Shown here piece after piece: positions 13,191 through 24,900 of a stretch of 64,000 bases of DNA. The notes beneath the pieces were generated by a model. The model was not told the origin of the DNA. It ran no database searches and was given only the letters and a program-made list of their open reading frames with translations. The stretch spans positions 1,116,001 to 1,180,000 of the forward strand of contig OZ218954.1 in the NCBI GenBank assembly GCA_965112735.1, read 5' to 3'. How positions within the stretch are numbered: the stretch's first letter is position 1; each line of letters starts with the position of its first letter. The stretch is from Phaeosaccion multiseriatum. Lineage: Eukaryota; Protista; Ochrophyta, other classes. Both the position numbers and the translations under genes were made by a program.

Positions 13191-13699
13191 CGAACACCCA
13201 CTTTTCTTACGCGGGGAGTATTGAGTATTGGGACAGTAACATTACGTAAGTTTACATGAGCTTAGAATACGATCCTCTGTTTATCATCGTATGCCTCGTT
13301 ATGGTATCCTCTTGTTGACCTTTCCAACAAAGAGCAGAGCAGAGCAGAGCAGAGCAGAGCAAAGAACAGGGCGCTTGCCTTGGAAGGTGTTCAGAAGGAC
13401 GTGAGCAAAACGCGGCCTGCTGCTGCCTTCCTGTTGCCTTCTTGTTGCCTTCCTGTTGCCTTCCTGTTGCCTTCCTGCTGCCTTCCTGTTGCCTTCCTGC
13501 TGCCTTCCTGCTGCCTTCCTGCTGCCCAGTGCCTGAACGCCTGCTTGCCCATATACCTTGTACGGTCTTTTGAGTGCCCCTCTCCTTCTCACCTCTCCTT
13601 CTCATCTCCTCTTCTCACGTCTCCTCCTAGACTCCCACCTCTCCTCTCTTCACCGCCCGATGCCCGCCCCATCCTCTCCTCTCCTCTCCTCTCCCCTGT

Positions 13700-15502
13700 T
13701 CACCGCCCGACGGCCCTCTCCTCTCCTCCTCGTCCTCGTCCTCCTCCCGCTGCCTGCCGCAGCTCCCATGAAGCGTGGCTGTCCGCGAGGGTGTTCACAA
13801 ATGACTTGGACACGTAGGCAAGCACCTGTGTTGGTCATACATTCCCACATTGGCCACATCCATCACACATTGGACATCCATGCACACACACACACACACG
13901 GAGGGAGTCAGTCACAGCACACGCTCGCAAGAGTTCTAACCCCATTCGCTCAAAGGGGAAACGAAACGTCCATCGAGGGACCGAAACCGTTCGTTGGCCC
14001 TCCGTTGGTCTCCATCAAGAGACCATTTGATCACTCCATCAAGAGACAAGAGACCATTCGATCACTCCATCAAGAGACCATTCCATCACTCCATCAAGAG
14101 ACCATTTGATCACTCCATCACGAGACCACTCGATTACTACAGACGCAAAATCCGTTCGTCGGCCCTCCGTTGCGCTCCGTTAAGAGATCATGGAGAGACC
14201 GTTCAAGTGAAGAGGCCGTTGAGGTTCCCATTAACGGACCATAGTTGAAGTCACGCACCTGCTCATTAATGCCCAGACACGCCCCCTTGAGGAGAGGCGT
14301 GGGGGTGAGTTGCAGCATGGAGGGAAGGTTTCCGCCGACGGTTACATCAATGTTGCCCTTGAGAAGCGTGTTCTTCAGCGTGATAGCACGAATTTTCTTC
14401 TCTCTCAAGCTCACTTGGAGCTCCCCTGGGGGATGGGGGGGGGGGGTACAGGGAGGGAGGGAGGGAGGGAGGGGAGGGAGAGGTGAGGGAGACGTGACGA
14501 AGGAGGGAGAGAGGGAGAGAGGGAGGGAGAGAGGGAGGGAGAGAGGGACGAGAGGTCGTGGTGACAGCCCTTTCAAACAACACAATGGCCCGGCGTACAC
14601 ACACATATGCTATTATACATATATACATACATATACATCACATACCGGAAATCTCAACGGAGAAGCTCTCCGCAAAATCCTCCCCCAACACTTGCTTAAG
14701 CTCCTCGCTATCCCACCCCTCTGACTCGCATCGTAGGGTGCCATCCTCCGTCACCCACAGCCGCACATCCACCGTGAGAGACAGCCGCAGGCCCAGGAAC
14801 TCTCTCGGACTGATGCTCAGGCGAAACCGTCCGTCGCCGCGGTCTTCCAGCTTAGTGGGGGGGACGGGAGGGAGGAAGGGGAGAGAGGAAGGGATGGGAC
14901 AACGGGGTGAAGCGAGGGAAGGGGGAGGGAGGGAGGGAGGGAGGGAGGACAGAGGATTGGATGAGTGTGCAGTATAGGCTTGGGTAGGTCTACTTGGGTA
15001 AGTCTACTTGGGTGGGTCTACTTGGGTAGGTCTATTTTATGCTTCCGCTCCACCCCTCTGCGTGGGTCCATCGTCTTCCCTCCTCCCCCTTCTCCCGACG
15101 GATGGATGCAAACACGACACAGATCGGCGGCTCGTCTTTCCTGCCCCTGCCTTGATCACTCACCCTGTCCCTGTCCCACACGGCATAGACGATGTTGGAG
15201 GCATCCCCAAGGAGGTACTCCCCCCATGAGGCGAAGGACGAAGGGTGCATGATGGCCTCCAGAGACTGCCATCCCCAAGCATTGCCATTGCCATTGCGGC
15301 GTCCATCATGGAGAAGAGAGCGAGGGAGGGAGGGAGGGAGGGAGAGGGAGGGAGGGCAAGGCGTGAGGTGGGTAAGGTGGTGGGTCTATGCACAGGTGCA
15401 GCAAGGGCATAGTAGCTCTCTCCCACTCTTTTTCTCTCTCCCTCTCCGCCCCTCCCACACGCGTCACACACACCCGCGCCAGCACCCCCCCTCCCCCAAC
15501 GT

Positions 15503-15572
<70 letters not shown>

Positions 15573-16301
15573 GCACCTGCACCGAGCCGAATGTCGCCCT
15601 CCTGCCGTCAAGGTCGAAAAATTCGCTCTCGAGTTTGGCACTGGTGCGGACCTGCGGGGGAGTCCGCACAGCTGCCGCCCCCCTCGACGATGGTGATGCA
15701 GCAGCCGCTGCTGACTGCTGCATCAACGCCCGGCCTCGCCGCTTGCTGCTGTGGTTACTGCTGCTGCCGCTGATGCTGTAGGTACTACTGGGGCGGATAG
15801 TGGTCGCAGCGCTTGGCTAAAGCGTTTGCGAGCCGAGCGAGAGAACATACAAGGAAGGGGCGCGGGGGGGGGGGGGGATAAGAAGGATGAGGAGGAGAGG
15901 GCCATACTTGGTGAACATTGAAGCCGGGGGTGGCCAAGCTTGTCCTTCGCGGTATACGAGGAAGGGATGTACTCACACAACACGTCAAGCCTTAACTTCC
16001 TTATCGAGCTCAAATCTCTACAATCGCCTCCTCCTCCTGCTGCTACCTCTGCCACTACTGCTTCTACTCCTTTCTTTATGCGAGACTGTTTGCGGAAATG
16101 CTCACATAAGAGCAAGACTAGACGTACCGAGTGCTGCTGTCTGTCGTGGCGCCACGACGACAGCGACGCCGATTTCGTTGGCGCCTGGACAAAGCCCGAG
16201 GTCAGAGCCATGTTCGAGCCGATGACCAGTAAGCCGACGAGAGCGCAGCTCAGCCGGCAGCTGTGCCCGCTCATTCCGCCGTCGCTTCCTTTTCCCCCCA
16301 T
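13700..16301 (-). CDS. DUF1997 (START/SRPBCC-like) family protein, probably plastid-targeted
   Basis: Exons encode WGEYLLGDASNIVYAVWDRDR / LEDRGDGRFRLSISPREFLGLRLSLTVDVRLWVTEDGTLRCES...FSVEISG / ELQVS...LLKGNIDVTVGGNLPSMLQLTPTPLLKGACLGINEQ / VLAYVSKSFVNTLADSHASW..., with the stop at 13700-13702, matching the cyanobacterial/plant DUF1997 pattern. The N-terminus has a hydrophobic signal followed by TSG-FVQAP, resembling the ochrophyte ASAFAP motif. Boundaries of the first internal exons are uncertain. Confidence 0.8.
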
Positions 16302-16613
16302 CCTTCTTTTCGCGCTACCTTTTCTAATAATGATCTCCAGGAAGTGAGACAGGCAAAGGTTGCGGCAACTGCTGCTGATTCGTGCGCGAGGAAACGAGGA
16401 TACTTATCCCAATGGCTGGCCTCTTCCTCCGTTCTCTCTGAAGCTACAGCTAGCGGCGACTTTGTTTCATGATATGACGCATGCGTTTCGTTTGGTGTGT
16501 CCACATCCGGATCACAGTTGGCGAGCGGTTTCACGGCTCTCCTTCCCCCTGCCTCTTCGACACCATAGATGGCACTTAAGGGTGTAATGAATCCTCCTCC
16601 TCCTACTACTATA

Positions 16614-16657
<44 letters not shown>

Positions 16658-16689
16658 CACTACTACTACTACATACTAGTATCCTCTTC

Positions 16690-19205
16690 CTAATGCTTCT
16701 TCTTCTTCTTGGGCTTTTTAGCGTCCTTGTTACCGCCCCCTCCCCCGTCGTCAGCTGCACCACTCCTCTTCTTGCTCCCCTTCTTGTCCTTGTCCTTGCT
16801 CTTCTTGCTCTTCTTCTTCTTGCTACTGCTACTGCTGCCCCCCTCCCCCTCCTCGCCAGTCTCGCCATCACTGGCATCTCCTTCCCCCACTCCTCCTCGT
16901 CCCCCTTGATGGCGTGCTGTGCGATCTCCAGGTCGTGCAACAGAGCACCGCCCTTGCTCTGCTCGGGTGGGTGTCAGGACACAGAGAGTGGGGGGGTGGG
17001 TGCCAGGACAGAGGGTGGGTGGGTGGGTGTCAGGACAGAGGGTGGGTGGGTGGGTGTCAGGACACATACAACCACACCAGTTGGTCATAGACACAGCCCC
17101 AATCAGACACAGCCGCAGTCACAGCAAAAGGTCAGATTCAGATACCCACTCCCCCCCCCCCCCAAGTGCACCCACGTACCTTCTTGGGCGTGGGCATGAC
17201 CTTGGTAACCTGCTGCATGGCCTCTGTGGCTCCCTCCTTGAGCTCGTCCTGCATTGTTTGGGGCAGGGCCTTCATGCCGCCATCCACTGCCATCTGGGCG
17301 GCCCTGCGTTGCTTGCCTTGCTTGGAAGCGTTGTCCTCTGCCTCCAGAGCGGTCTTCTGCTCTCCCCCACCACACAGAGAGAGAGAGAAGGAGAGAGAGA
17401 GAGAGGACACACAGAGAGGGGGGGGGGAGGGGGAGAAAGAAGGAGAGGGAGAGAGAGGGAGAGAGAGGAGAGAGAGGAGAGAGGGAGAGAGGGAGAGAGA
17501 GGAGAGAGAGAGAGGAGAGAGGAGAGAGGGAGAGAGATGCACACACAGCATGTCATGTCGGGTCCTATCATGGTCTTACATAGCATGGTACTCGACCCCT
17601 GACAAGGTTCTGAGGCGACCCAGGCCAGAACCTGGAACCTGGAACTCAGGGGGGCCTCATCATTGCCTTATTACACGGCTTTTCCGGGGAACCTGGAACC
17701 TATTACACGCTGAACCTGGAACCTGGCCGGCTAACCTGGAACCCAGAACCTTGTCAGGGGTCGAATGGTACCGCCTTACGTAGCCTTACGCAACTCTTCG
17801 TACGTACCTGTACGTTTTGAATGTACGTGCTGATCTTGCGCACGGCCTTGTTGAACAGAGCCATGACCTGTGAGGGGTGGCGGGCAGTTGGTGATACAGT
17901 TGGTGGTGCAGTTGGTGATACAGATGGTGATAAAGTTGGTGATACAGGCCACGAGGGCAGGGGCTGGAGTCACATGGGCATGGGCAGGGGGGGAGGCGGA
18001 GAGGGAGTGCGACAGAAGGAGACTCTAAACATAATAATGAATTATCTAAGTCAATGGATCGTTCTAAGTCCATCATGGGCCATGTCAGTGATGGACATTC
18101 TGTCTGTCGGCACAACACCTCTCACCTGATTGACCGGCAGCTGCAGCTCTTCCGAGAGTCTATCCACAGACCTGCCGGCAGGGGAGAGGGACAGGGGAGA
18201 GGGGGGACGGGAGAGGGAGAGGGGAGAGGGGAGAGGGCATGCGAGGACGTACCCACTCGCACTCGCATCCCGTTGAGCACGAAGGGAACAGAGCAGGCAG
18301 AGAAGGACAGAGAGGAGAGGAGAGCAGAACAGAGGGGTAACATAAGATAAGGTAAGATAAGACAAGCAGAGTGGGGGTGCGAGGCAAGAGAAGCAGACAA
18401 GGAGGGAGCGAGGAGTGGCACACAAGACCAAAAATACGGGGTGGCGTGGGGGGGTTGGTAGCTTGCTCTCCTCAAAGCACCTACCCCCCCTCCTAGCTAC
18501 TTAAGTTCCACCCGACCCATCCATTGACTGCCGTGCCCTACCTTGCCCCGCCCTGTCCATAAACCTCAACCCTGCCCATAAGCCTCTAGCTACCCTGTCC
18601 ATACATTTCTGCCAACCTCTCCCTCTCGACTCTCTCTGTAGCTCACTCACTCACTCACTCACTCAATCACTCACTCACTCATCACTCACTCACTCACTTA
18701 TTCACCCAACACTCTCTTCTTCCCTCTCCCTCTTTGTCCCTCTCTGACCTGTGCTGCAGGCCGATGCCCAACACACAATGGCCGACTGCAACAAGTAGGA
18801 CAGCGACAACTCTCCGAGCCTATTCAACAAGAACAGCTTGGCGACGACCGGCATGAGGTCGGTGACAAGGTGGTAATCCACCATGTTGCGTGAGTAGAGC
18901 TCCAGCCGCTTGATGTCGTGAGGGGAGAGGAGGAAGTGCAGCTCTTGGGCGGACACGATGGATGGGGTGGTGCGAGTGAGGCCGGAGCGAGGTCCTGACG
19001 CCCTGTCTGCCCCTGTTTGTCGTTTAGTTTAGGTGCGTACGCACACACACACACGCACACACACACACACACATACACGCGCGCGCGCGCACACACACAC
19101 ACCTTCGCTGAGCTTGTGGTAGGAGAAGAGTGCATCCCTGTCTAGGTAGAAGAGCTCACAGTCCTGCGGGGCAGGGGTGCCGCAGACCAGGCGGTGGCTG
19201 TCGAT
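16690..19205 (-). pseudogene. NAT10: Partial, internally deleted duplicate of NAT10
   Basis: Exons and introns are near-identical to 58801-61330. There is a frameshifting insertion near 18770 (LLQSAIVCWA vs LQSAIVLGIG), a deletion at ~16880 that removes KALSRG..KAKK and an intron, and loss of the acetyltransferase-domain exons. No 5' exons were found. Confidence 0.85.
17592..17764. mobile_element. MITE, 173 bp, 21-bp TIRs, 7-bp TSD
   Basis: TIRs TCGACCCCTGACAAGGTTCTG / CAGAACCTTGTCAGGGGTCGA. ATGGTAC is duplicated at 17585-17591 and 17765-17771. Internal AACCTGG repeats. Absent from the paralogous NAT10 intron at ~60015. Confidence 0.9.
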
Positions 19206-19826
19206 CTGTTGTAGTGGGGCAGTTGGTGATACAGTACGGCACAGCACTTGCTTGGTGAGACAGCAGCACAAAACACAGCACAGTAGAGACAGCAAAGCAG
19301 CTACACGCACAGCCACGCACACGCATGCACCACACTGCACCACACCACACCACACCACACCACACTAGCTACATCGTACCCTAGCCCGGCCTTAGCTACG
19401 TCACCCGACCTGCAACATCCACGGCAGCCAGCGCATGACGGGCGGCGCGAGAGAAATGCTTCACATCCTCCTGCAGCACTGAGACGAACTGCCTGGCGAG
19501 GGAACCGGTGAAGCCCGCGCAGCTCGAGCGGGCCAAGAGCAGCCATGCTATAGTGCAACATTCTCACGCAGCTGGAGAGCAGAGTGGCTGGCTGGTGCTG
19601 TTTGAGGACATTGGCCGCCAGATTCTGGCCTACAAGAAGCAAGCGAGAGCCGGTGGAGGACGTGTGTCGCAAGATTGAGGAGACCACGGCCGGCCGAGCG
19701 AGGACATCATGCAAGCGGCGGGCTGGCGGCTCATGGCGAGCCCGCCTACCGTCGCCGCAGTGACGTGGGGAGCGAGTAACTTATCGGGTGTGCGGGATGT
19801 GGCAGAGGTGCGGCCGTGGTTCCCGC

Positions 19827-19869
<43 letters not shown>

Positions 19870-20717
19870 GTAGCAGCAGCAGCAGTAGCCGCAGCAGTAG
19901 CTGTCACAGCAGTGGCATCGATTGGGTGCATGTGTGGCTTTATTGATGGATTGATACGAATACCTCCCCTTTCGACCAACACACAGATACACGCGGCCCG
20001 AGCCAACGCCAACGCCAACGCCAACGACTGAGAGTGACTGCGTCCGCCCTTTTGTTGGCTTCGGGGCTTGCTGCAAGTGCAGCGAAGAGCAACAGGACAA
20101 TTGAAGTTTGAATTGAATTGGAGCACCTTACCGTGTGCTGTGGCAGTCACAGTTTCACAGCCTTGCGGCGTCTTCTTTCTCTCCCTAGCTACGCTGCCCA
20201 CCCCTACCCCAACGGAGATGACATACCTGCCGCCCCTCCCGCCTCTCCTCTATGCTACAACCCCCCTTCGCTACCCACCCCTCTCTAAACGGACGTATCG
20301 TGCCCCGCTTGCCTCCTCTCCTCTGCGACCAGCGGTCACGCCTCTCTTCTAAGCTAAAAGACCCCCCCCCCCCCTCCCCTGCAATTAAAGTGCATCAACG
20401 TATCCTTAGAGTATGATAAGATTGCACCCCCCCCCCCAGCCAGACTTGGCGCTTTGGTCGCGTCAAATCTGTTCCACAGCTCGCCAACTCGCCAATATTC
20501 AAGCAAAAGCTCCAACCCTGCCCCCGTCCCCCCCCCCCAAAAGACTTATAAAAATGAAGATAGTTGCACCTCCCCCCCCACCCCAGCACCACACCTTCCA
20601 TGCTAGGCCTGCTCCCCCCCCCCCCTCCTCTGCGCAGCGGCTCGGCAGGGCTGGCGAGAGATGCCGCACTAGCTACGTACCCTCCTTCGCCACGTTTCCG
20701 CTCCTCGACCCACAAGC

Positions 20718-21999
20718 TCACTCCGGCTCCCAGGCGCTGTCCAAACGGGCCACAAAGTCCCTTCCCCAGGGCCCGTCCACGACGTAGTCCTCGTCCTTGG
20801 AGGAAGACAGGATGAGGTCCCTGTCCCTCAGGATGGGCTTGCCTTCGCTGTCGTGCTTCAGCCGCTGCGTCTCACCCATGACCCCGCTCCACGTCTCCAC
20901 ACCCTCGTCGGAGGGCTTGTCGATGAATCCAACGTCAATCACGTGAGCGTAGCACCGCTCGATCTCCTGGCGGTAGTCCACCTGGAAGGAGTACGTGTCG
21001 GTGAAGATGTACACACTCGCCCACGACCCCGGCTCGGTGTAGAGGTTCCTCTTGACCCGTTTGTCCGCGATCCACTCCTCGCAGAGAGCTCTGTCCTCGG
21101 CCTTGTGCAGGCGGGACTCCACGGCCAGCAGCGCCGCAAGATCGTCATCCACTGCCATCTCCGAGAGACGGCGAGAGGTCTTGAGCCTATCCGCCTCGTT
21201 GAGCTCCTCCATCATGTGGAGGTCTCGCTTCACCTGGCAGGGGCCGTACGCGTTGAAGGCCATCACGGTGCCGCCGTTGGCCATGCGGTAGAGCCCCGGC
21301 TTGACGATCCTCTTGTCCTCGATGTGGACTGCCAGGGAGCCGTAGCCCAGAATCTGCTCGGCTCGAGGGGAGAGCTCCTCCCCTTCAATGTAGGCAGGGT
21401 TGTACTTGGCCTGATCAATCACCTCCACCAGCACCCTGGACTCGGGCTTGTCGACCCCGTCGAGGGGAGGGAAGATGAAGGACGAGGCCGTGACGTACGT
21501 CTGCGGGTGCGTGCGTGTCCGTACGAGGGGCAGCCAGGTGTTGGAGTGGGTGGCGGGGAGGGGGAGTCACATCAAAGCAGTCACAAGAGGAGGTCGGCAG
21601 TCAGAACCCCACCCCGGCATTAGCTAAGGCAGCGGTAAGCCCGCCTCGAAAAAGCGCTGCACAGATGACGGAAATGGTGGAGCTCCCGGCAAGAGAGAGT
21701 GATTCCGCTCAGTAGAGCAATTCCACGCCGCCCCCAACAACTGTCCCAAGTGGAGTCAGCCTACAGCAAGCCTTTCAGCTCTTGGGCTGTGGGCAACTGG
21801 CCGCCTCGATTTGCTGCACAGACACCACTCACCGGCATGGCGCCGTTCTCGCAGGAGGGGAAGACCCCCAGGCGCCAGTTCCACTGCAAGTGCTTCTCGG
21901 TCAAGGCGGCGTACCAGGCGTCGTTAGCTCCCTTGAAGAGGAAGACTTGGTGCTGGAAGCCGAAGACCATGGGGTCCCCTTGCACCTCCACCGAAGAGT
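20718..21999 (-). CDS. C-terminal GDP-motif (VWD/root-cap-like) domain exons of the mosaic gene
   Basis: VQGDPMVFGFQHQVFLFKGANDAWYAALTEKHLQWNWRL splices in phase 0 to TYVTASSFIF...WSGVMGETQR...EDYVVDGPWGRDF. This resembles the GDPH..GF.GQ.F.F.G....WY domain of algal extracellular proteins. No transmembrane segment. Confidence 0.65.
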
Positions 22000-24900
22000 C
22001 TGAGAAGCGCCGCACGAGTGCAGCCAGACACAGGAATCGACACATGCACACAAAGGGAAAGAGAGGGAGGGACGTAGGGAGGGACAGAGCAATAAGAGAG
22101 AGAGAGAGAGATGGAGAAAGAGCGCGTTCTCATAGTACACAAAAATACACAAACAGAAGAACACAAGGCAACCCCCGTACGACGGTGAGTCAGTCCAGCA
22201 GCTCCTTCACGACGGGGCCGAGGACAAGCAAGTAGATGAGCCCCATAAACAGTGGGGGGGTGGCAGCAAGCCAGGCCAGTCCAGTGCCCTCCAATTGCCA
22301 TGGCTGGATCACTCCCTGGCCCCCCTCTCCGTCCCATCCACTGCATCCAGCTCGCTCACTCACTCACCTGTGACTGCTACATTGAGCGTGAAACCGCTTC
22401 CACTCGACTGCAATCTTCGCCATCTTCGCGTAGCACCAGTGGCGGCGGCGGGGTATACTCGAACAGCATACTCCAAGCCCCCCATGACATGCACGTTGGA
22501 CACTTTCATCCCAACACCAGAACACGGGGCTGTAGTACTAGTACCCCCACTGTTATCACTCTCGGCCGCGTCGGACACGCACGAGAGGCTGCCATTTGAG
22601 GATGACACACTGAAGACAGCGATTTGCGTGTCGACGTCGGTGTTATCATCACCACAGGTGTCCGCAGTGAGCGTGCCGCCGAGGGGGGGAGCAGTGAATC
22701 GGTATGTGACGGTAGGTTGGACGAAGCCGGCCTCAGCATCACCACACTTCACATTATCCGAGAGCGGCGCATTGTCAAGGCTTCCCCCAACTGTTGCGAC
22801 GTAGTCGCCCTCGACCAGGCTGAGCGCCATAGCATAGTCCGCTACTCAGAGACAGAGAGACAAATTGAGGGAGAGGGAACATGAAGACGTCAGCAGAGTC
22901 ATACGAGGAGGAGGAGCGAAGCGGAAGAGGAGGGGAGGGGGGTGCAGGCGGAGGAGGACAAGCGAAGGGGAAGATGAGGTGGAGGAGGGGGTGGAGGAGG
23001 AGGGGGCGGGGGAAGAGCTGGTGAGGAGTAGGGGGAGAAGGAGCAGAGGGTGGGCGGAGCCAAACTAGTTTGCCCAGGGGGGGGAGGGGGGCGAGGCGGT
23101 GAAGGCGGCGGAGACCAGGAGGAGGAAGAGGAGGAGGAGGAGCAGAAGCAGCAGGAGGAGAAGGAGGAGGAGGGGGGGCAGGAGGAGCAGAAGAAGAAGA
23201 AGGAGGAGGAGGAGGAGGAGGAGGAGCAGAAGAAGAAGAAGAAGAAGGAGGAGGAGGAGGAGGAGGAGGAGGAGGAGGAGGAGGAGGAGGAGGAGGAGGA
23301 GGAGGAGGAGGAGCAGAAGAAGAAGGAGAAGGAGGAGGAGGCGTAGGTGGAGGAGATGGAGGAGGAGGAGGAGGAGGAGGAGGAGGAGGAGGAGAGGATG
23401 ATGAGGAGAAGGAGGAGGAGGTGGTGGTGGTGGTGGTGGTGGTGGTGGAGGAGGAGGAGGAGGAGGAGGAGGAGGAGGAGGAGGGGGAGGGGGAGGAGGG
23501 GGAGGGGGAGGAGGAGGAGGAGGAGGAGGAGGAGGAGGAGGAGGAGGAGGAGGAGGAGGAGGAGGAGGAGGAGGAGGAGGAGGAGGAGGAGGAGGAGGAG
23601 CAAGAGGAGGAGGGGGAGGACTCACCACACGCGTCTCCTACTCCGTCTCCGTCGATGTCGTCTTGGTTTTCGTTGGCTGTGAACGGGCAGCTGCGAGGAG
23701 TCAGCACGAGGGGGGGAGGAAGTAATGCAGTCAGTGTGGACCCTCTTCGACACACGGGGGCGTCGCGCACGCACACACAGTTGTTACAGTCGCACTTGCA
23801 TGTCAAGTGGAGCAGAGAGGAGGGTGTTGACTAGGCCAAAACCAAAGACTAGCTAGACACAGAGAGGCGCTGGGGGGGGCACACGCACGCACGCACGCAC
23901 GGCGGACAGCCATGAAAAGCAGGGCTACTAACGCAGGCCACAGAGAAATGCGCTGCTGGGGGAGCACACCCAGGCCACGCAGCACACACCCACGCACAAG
24001 CAGCGTGATCCACTCCTGTCAAGTCGGTCCGAAACGTATAGAATGAATTTAAACCACTCACTTGTCGCGATTGTTCGGAATGCCGTCCCCGTCGGTGTCT
24101 GTAATCAGGAGGGCCGCCACCGCCACACGAGACGCACGCCATGGCAGGAGGGCGTGGGAAGCGGCCCAGCAGAGCATAAACAAGGCAAGCGCATGAGAGA
24201 AACGATCGTCAGACTGTGGAGGGCAATGGGTGGGGCAGCCAGCCACGACAAAAGAATCCGAAGTGCTCACTGGCTGTGCGGCCATGAAAAGCAAGCAGCA
24301 AGTATCGAGGAGCGACGAGATGAAGGTGCACAAGTCATCCTCAGCTCCGTCCCTTCCCTCACCATCTCACTCGTCCTTACCTTCGCACACTCTGACTCCT
24401 GATGGGCTAAAAATGTTGCAGGGATGCACAGCCACGGGCGGGGTTCAAGAAGGAACAGGAGAGTTCACCGAACAGCAACACAAGAGCACCAAAGCACAAA
24501 GACAGGAGCAAAGGGGGGGGGGGGGGGGGTGCAAGCGCGAGGGTGTGGGATTGGCGCTCCTTGACTTGCTTATTGGCCAACCCTCAGCCCCTGCAGGAGA
24601 GTAAACGCACTCCTCAAGGCACTCTGCCTGGCTGCGACTACCCACTTACCAAACTCCATCGCCCGTGGCCAGGCAGCATGAAGCACCATCCCCTCTTGTC
24701 TATTGGCCAGCCACAGCCGAGAGTGATACAAGGAAACGTGGGAGACAGGCGCGGATGGATGGTCAGTCATCGTATCACATATCACGTCATCTGGGACGTA
24801 CAAGCGTTTCTCTTGCACTTCCCCTTGCATGGACTGGCCCTTCCTTTTACACACACACCTCGAGATTACCGCAGGCCGTTTGAGCGGTGCACATGGCGGC

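Noticed and set aside
19370-20400. Short ORFs and a (CAA)n tract between the NAT10 pseudocopy and the mosaic gene
   Set aside because: No motifs or coherent exon structure; left unannotated.
22775-23834. Long poly-P/S/E/L/R ORFs (also at 4709-5270, 7618-8422, 8887-9562, 10195-10962, 48592-49233)
   Set aside because: These are stop-free artefacts of intronic microsatellites; splice sites place the tracts in introns.
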